A stretch of 64,000 bases of DNA. Origin: a bacterium. GTDB lineage: Bacteria; Patescibacteriota; Microgenomatia; Daviesbacterales; UBA10151. A program made the position numbers and the translations under genes. The notes under the pieces were generated by a model. That model searched no databases. It was not told the origin of the DNA and saw only the letters and a program-made list of their open reading frames with translations. This document shows positions 59,232-64,000 of this stretch, piece by piece (position 1 is the stretch's first letter; the number at the start of each line of letters is the position of its first letter). The stretch is from positions 68 to 64,067 of the forward strand of contig JAJYIE010000003.1 in NCBI GenBank assembly GCA_021790255.1. Reading direction: 5' to 3'.

Positions 59232-62200
59232 ATGAACGATTTACTTGATTTTGAAGCATTAAAAATTGCTATTGCCAGTCCGGAACAAATTAAGGCCTGG
59301 TCTTTCGGCGAGGTTACCAAACCGGAAACCATTAATTACCGGACCCTAAAGCCGGAAAAAGATGGGTTATTTGCTGAGAATATATTCGGTCCGACCAAGG
59401 ATTATGAGTGCTACTGCGGCAAATATAAAAGGATCCGCTATCGCGGTGTCATCTGTGATAAATGTGGTGTCGAGGTTACCCAAAGCAAAGTTCGCCGGGA
59501 GCGTCTTGGTCATATCACTCTGGCGGCACCGGTTGCCCATAACTGGTTCGTCAAAGGGGCTCCATCCAAGTTGTCACTAATCCTGGATTTGTCTTTGAAG
59601 AGCTTAGAATCTGTAATTTACTTTGCTTCTTATCTTGTGACTTCCGTTGATGATGCCGGCCGAACTAAGGCTTTAGAGAAGCTGGAGAAAGATTTAGAGC
59701 AAAAGAAACGCCAGTCCCAGGAAAATTTGGATAAAAACATTAAAGCGCTTCAGGAAGACTCGGGGCGCCAGGTAAAAGAGATGAAAAAGGGTGTGGGTAA
59801 GGGAGAGTCAGAGCGGGTTGATCTGGCGGCCCAGGAAGTAGAGTTAAAATCGCGGCAGGAAATTCAAAAGCTGCGGGATAACTTAGTAGTAGGGCATACC
59901 CAGCTGGAACAAATTTTTAAAGCTGTGGCAGATCTGGTTAAAAGCGTGGTGCTGCTACGGGTGCTTTCGGAGGATGAATACCTCAAGCTTGACGAATATG
60001 GCGTGGCAGATTTTCTGAAAGTCGGTATGGGAGCAGAAGGGCTGCTTGATGTCCTGCGGCAGATTGATCTGGACAAGCTCTCGGCAGAGCTGCGGGAAGA
60101 AGTGCGCAAATCCAGCGGCCAAAAGCATATAAAAGCTACCAAAAGGTTGCGGGTGGTGGAAGGAATGAGAGGCGCTGGAATTCTGCCTGAGTGGATGGTG
60201 TTGCGTATTTTGCCGGTTATACCGCCTGACCTTCGCCCGATGGTTCAGCTTCCCGGAGGCCGCTTTGCCACCTCTGATTTGAATGATTTATACCGCCGGG
60301 TCATAAATCGCAATAACCGTTTAAGAAAGCTAATTGACCTGGGAGCCCCGGAGATTATTCTGCGCAACGAAAAACGGATGCTGCAGGAAGCAGTTGATGC
60401 CCTGATTGATTCTAACTTAAAGACCACCAGGCGTGCGGCCGGCGGCCATACTTTAAGATCGCTTTCTGATATGCTGCGGGGAAAACAGGGCCGTTTCCGC
60501 CAGAATCTTTTAGGGAAGCGGGTTGATTACTCCGGCCGCTCGGTTATCGTAGTCGGGCCGCAGCTGAAGCTGGATCAGGTTGGTTTGCCGAAGGAGATGG
60601 CCTTGGAGATGTTTAAGCCGTTTGTGTTGCGGGAGATTATCGCCCGCGGCCTTGCTGCCAATATCAAAGGCGCCAAGAATGTTTTGGAAATGCGTATTTC
60701 CGAAGTATGGGATATTTTGGAAGAGGTTATTGAAGGCCATCCGGTTTTAATTAACCGGGCGCCGACGCTGCACCGCCTGGGTATCCAGGCTTTCTATCCG
60801 GTGCTGATTGAAGGCAGTGCTATTCAGATTCATCCATGCATCTGCGCCGGGTTCAATGCTGACTTTGATGGTGACCAGATGGCGGTGCACGTGCCGCTTT
60901 CCCAAAAATCACGGGAGGAAGCAATCAATTTAATGATGGCCAGGGAAAATATTCTGCGTCCGGCGTCCGGCACCCCGATCACCGCTCCTAACCGGGAGAT
61001 GGGGCTGGGGGCATATTATGCAACCTCAGTTGATGAAAATATTCCCGCCTTAGAGAATAAAGTTTTTAATCCCGAAGAGGCAGTTTTGGCTTACCAGCTG
61101 GGTAAAGTAGGGTTGCGCCAGAAGATTAAAGCCTTTACCGGCGGGAAAGTAATTGAAACAACCGTCGGCCGGATCCTGTTTAACAAGAATCTCCCAGACT
61201 ATATGAGTTATGTGAATGAACCGGTGGGAGTCAAAAATTTACAGGATATTGTCATGAAAGCGTTTGGCAGGCTGGAGAAGACGGAAGTAGTGAAATTGAT
61301 TGATGCCTTAAAAGACTTTGGCTTTTGGGGCTCGACCTTATCTGGGCTCTCTCTGGGTATCTTTGACAACACCATCATTGCGGAAAAAGATGCTCTGATT
61401 GCTGCCGGCGATAAAGAGGTAGCGGAAGTGGAAAGCAACTTCCGTAAAGGTTTGATTACGACCGAAGAGAAGCGGGTTTTAACGGAAGAGATCTGGACCC
61501 GTATCGGTGATGATATTGCCCGTAAGACTTTAGCGGTTTTAGCTCCTGATAACCCGGTGAGTATTATCATGAAATCCGGCGGCGCCCGAGCGACAACTGA
61601 GCAGATTAAACAGTTGTCCGGTATGCGCGGGTTTTCCGTTGACCCGACCGGTAAGATTGTGGAGCTTCCGACCAAATCCAATTACCGTCAGGGGCTGGCA
61701 GTTTTCGAGTACTTCACCTCTTCCCGTGGTGCTCGTAAGGGTGTAGCTGACCGGGCAATTAAGACCGCTGATGCGGGGTATTTGACAAGAAGATTGGTGG
61801 ATGTGGCTCACGATGTCATTATCCGTGAGGAAGAGTGTGAGGATCAGGCTGGGGTTTCCCTGCCGGTTCCGACAGAAAGCCCGGTAGCAGCTTATTCCCG
61901 GTTTGTCGGCCGCAGATTGGCAGCAAAGGTAGTCGACCCGAAGAGTAAAAAGGTTATTGTTGCCGAAGGTGAATACCTGGACGAACTGCGCATTAACCAA
62001 ATTCTGGAAGCTAAAGTGGTAAGTATAACTATCTTTTCACCGCTTTCCTGCCGGGCTAAGTATGGCATGTGTGCCAAATGTTACGGCTGGGACCTGACTA
62101 CCCGAAAACAGGTGGAAGTGGGAGTGCCGGTGGGGGTGGTTGCCGCGCAAAGTATCGGTGAGCCGGGAACCCAGTTGACAATGAGAACTTTCCACTCCGG

Positions 62201-62933
62201 GGGTGTGGCCAGTGGTGTAGATATTACCATGGGTCTGCCGAGGGTTGAAGAGCTATTTGAGGCCAGAACTCCGAAAAATGCCGTAGCCATCTCTGAAATT
62301 GCCGGGAAAGTGACGGTTGCGGAAACGGATATGGGAATCAAAGTCAGGGTGAGGACTACCACCAAGCCGTTTGAGGAAAGGGAATATTTGGTGCCGGCAT
62401 CAGCAACTTTGCTGGTAGAAGACGGGCAGCTGATCGCAGCCGGTCAGCAGTTGGCAGCCGGTCATCTAGATATTAAGGAAATTGTCCGCATAAAAGGCTT
62501 AAAAGAAGCACAGCGCTATATTGTTGATGAAGTGAGAAAAGTTTATGCCTCTCAAGGAGTGCCGATTTCTGAAAAACACTTTGAGACGATTGTCCGCAAG
62601 ATGTCGGATAAGGTTCGGGTGGAAAGCCAGGGCGACACTAATTTGCTGCCGGGGGAAGTTATTGACCGGGTAAAATTTGAGGAAGAAAATGAGCGCGTTT
62701 TGGCTGCCGGCGGCGACCCGGCCTCAGCCTCAGTAGTGATCCTGGGAATTACCAGAGCTTCACTTCTTACTGAATCGTTCCTGTCAGCAGCTTCTTTCCA
62801 GGAAACCACAACGGTTTTGGCTGATGCCGCTGCCCAGGGGAAGGTCGACCGCCTGCTGGGGCTTAAGGAAAATGTTATAATTGGGCGCTTAATCCCCACC
62901 AGCCCTGACAGAGTGCAGGTGGAGGCAGAATAG
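59232..62933 (+). CDS. rpoC: RNA polymerase subunit beta'
   Basis: KPETINYRT, Zn ribbon, NADFDGD, SAASFQET. Confidence 0.98.
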   Translation: MNDLLDFEALKIAIASPEQIKAWSFGEVTKPETINYRTLKPEKDGLFAENIFGPTKDYECYCGKYKRIRYRGVICDKCGVEVTQSKVRRERLGHITLAAPVAHNWFVKGAPSKLSLILDLSLKSLESVIYFASYLVTSVDDAGRTKALEKLEKDLEQKKRQSQENLDKNIKALQEDSGRQVKEMKKGVGKGESERVDLAAQEVELKSRQEIQKLRDNLVVGHTQLEQIFKAVADLVKSVVLLRVLSEDEYLKLDEYGVADFLKVGMGAEGLLDVLRQIDLDKLSAELREEVRKSSGQKHIKATKRLRVVEGMRGAGILPEWMVLRILPVIPPDLRPMVQLPGGRFATSDLNDLYRRVINRNNRLRKLIDLGAPEIILRNEKRMLQEAVDALIDSNLKTTRRAAGGHTLRSLSDMLRGKQGRFRQNLLGKRVDYSGRSVIVVGPQLKLDQVGLPKEMALEMFKPFVLREIIARGLAANIKGAKNVLEMRISEVWDILEEVIEGHPVLINRAPTLHRLGIQAFYPVLIEGSAIQIHPCICAGFNADFDGDQMAVHVPLSQKSREEAINLMMARENILRPASGTPITAPNREMGLGAYYATSVDENIPALENKVFNPEEAVLAYQLGKVGLRQKIKAFTGGKVIETTVGRILFNKNLPDYMSYVNEPVGVKNLQDIVMKAFGRLEKTEVVKLIDALKDFGFWGSTLSGLSLGIFDNTIIAEKDALIAAGDKEVAEVESNFRKGLITTEEKRVLTEEIWTRIGDDIARKTLAVLAPDNPVSIIMKSGGARATTEQIKQLSGMRGFSVDPTGKIVELPTKSNYRQGLAVFEYFTSSRGARKGVADRAIKTADAGYLTRRLVDVAHDVIIREEECEDQAGVSLPVPTESPVAAYSRFVGRRLAAKVVDPKSKKVIVAEGEYLDELRINQILEAKVVSITIFSPLSCRAKYGMCAKCYGWDLTTRKQVEVGVPVGVVAAQSIGEPGTQLTMRTFHSGGVASGVDITMGLPRVEELFEARTPKNAVAISEIAGKVTVAETDMGIKVRVRTTTKPFEEREYLVPASATLLVEDGQLIAAGQQLAAGHLDIKEIVRIKGLKEAQRYIVDEVRKVYASQGVPISEKHFETIVRKMSDKVRVESQGDTNLLPGEVIDRVKFEEENERVLAAGGDPASASVVILGITRASLLTESFLSAASFQETTTVLADAAAQGKVDRLLGLKENVIIGRLIPTSPDRVQVEAE

Positions 62934-62939
62934 GAAGAT

Positions 62940-63371
62940 ATGCCAACCATAAATCAATTAATCAGAAAGGGCCGTTCAAAGACCCAAAAAAAGGTTAAAG
63001 CCACGGCGCTTAGGCGCTCATTTAATGCCAAAGACCGCCGCTATACGCCTACTTTTAACCCCCAGAAGCGGGGAGTTGTGACAGTAGTCAAAACTATGAC
63101 CCCCAAAAAACCCAACTCGGCCCTGCGCAAAGTAGCCCGTGTCCGTTTATCCAATAAAACTGAGGTAACGGCTTATATTCAAGGGATCGGACACGACCTG
63201 GCAGAGCATGCAATTGTCATGGTGCGTGGCGGCCGGGTAAAGGATTTACCGGGTGTAAAATACCATATTATCCGTGGCAAGCTGGATATGGGAGGAGTAC
63301 AAAAGAGAAAAACAAGCCGTAGCAAATACGGTGCTAAACGGCCATCAGGAGGGAGGACTGCCGGTGCCTAG
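62940..63371 (+). CDS. rpsL: 30S ribosomal protein S12
   Basis: [21 protein letters not shown]. Confidence 0.98.
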   Translation: MPTINQLIRKGRSKTQKKVKATALRRSFNAKDRRYTPTFNPQKRGVVTVVKTMTPKKPNSALRKVARVRLSNKTEVTAYIQGIGHDLAEHAIVMVRGGRVKDLPGVKYHIIRGKLDMGGVQKRKTSRSKYGAKRPSGGRTAGA

Positions 63372-63846
63372 ATCAGGAAAGGTTACTAAAAGAGAACTGC
63401 CAGTTGACCCGATTTATAATTCGCGGTTAGTTACCCGTTTTATCAATAAGGTAATGGTCAGTGGTAAAAAGACTGTTGCCCAAAAGTTGGTTTATCAAGC
63501 TTTTGAGGGCATTGAAAAGCAAACGGGCAAAAATCCTCTGCCGCTTTTTGAGGCAGCTGTGCAGAACGTCATGCCCAAAATGGAGGTTAGGCCGCGACGG
63601 ATCGGCGGTGCTTCTTACCAGATTCCAATTGAGGTACGCGGGGACAGGCGGGAGGCTTTAGCTTTGCGCTGGATTATTAACGCTGCCCGCAGCCGCTCCA
63701 ATAAAGATTATCACACCTTTGCGGAAAAGTTGGTGGCGGAGTTGCTGGATGCCGCCGAAGGCAAAGGCGTGGCCGTTAAGAAGAAAGAAGATACTCTCCG
63801 CGCCGCCGAGGCGAATAAGGCATTCGCACATTTTGGTAGATTCTAG
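63364..63846 (+). CDS. rpsG: 30S ribosomal protein S7
   Basis: GTG start after GGAGG; [24 protein letters not shown]. Confidence 0.97.
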   Translation: MPRSGKVTKRELPVDPIYNSRLVTRFINKVMVSGKKTVAQKLVYQAFEGIEKQTGKNPLPLFEAAVQNVMPKMEVRPRRIGGASYQIPIEVRGDRREALALRWIINAARSRSNKDYHTFAEKLVAELLDAAEGKGVAVKKKEDTLRAAEANKAFAHFGRF

Positions 63847-64000
63847 TGCTCATGCCTTGTGACTCGCCCTGCTTGTCTTAAAGTCCTTGCTCACTTCGGT
63901 AGATTTTAGGTTCGCAAATTTCTGGTCTTTTGCCCATTTTGATTGCTTCTAATTTTTCTTTGAAAAAGATCAAACACATTTGAGACAAACGCAGAAAATT

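Noticed and set aside
59650-59950. Coiled-coil insertion in RpoC as a novelty
   Set aside because: Lineage-specific insertions at this position of beta' are already known.
31152-62950. Long antisense ORFs over nusA, infB, pnp, ftsK, rpoB and rpoC
   Set aside because: Shadow frames of conserved genes with Ser/Pro/Thr-rich composition and no motifs.
1-64000. Alternative genetic code (TGA = Gly) and tRNA/rRNA genes
   Set aside because: TGA ends intact genes such as lepA, core genes are uninterrupted under code 11, and no cloverleaf or rRNA signature was noticed.

Overview
Housekeeping-rich chromosomal segment of a small-genome bacterium, most likely a Patescibacteria/CPR organism of the Microgenomates type. 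That assignment is inferred from the short AlaRS, the ATPase-only Lon, the FtsA-like/baseplate-J-like fusion before yqgF-mltG, and the many ORFans; genetic code 11 is used. The backbone is pcrA, trxA, tpiA, holA-like, pilN/pilO-like, rpsT, murJ, lepA, hrcA-grpE-dnaK-dnaJ, nusA-infB, rpsO-pnp, rnj, ftsK, alaS, yqgF-mltG, gpmA and rpoB-rpoC-rpsL-rpsG. No rRNA, tRNA or CRISPR array was seen. The most striking signal is a free-standing double-motif LAGLIDADG endonuclease gene. It sits between a decayed copy of the pcrA 5' end and a synonymously recoded working pcrA 5' end, which suggests intron-less homing by gene-end replacement. Similar recoded duplicate gene ends occur at the 3' ends of rpsG and of a DHH-like gene, with shorter stop-proximal duplications elsewhere. 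Other observations: a 38-bp structured repeat in two copies, REP-like half-elements, 7-bp-period arrays (two inside coding sequence), pervasive leaderless promoters, many decayed convergent ORFans, one IS481/IS3-like transposase, and candidate leader RNAs before nusA, rpsO, pnp and rpoB. All calls come from reading the sequence; no database search was run.
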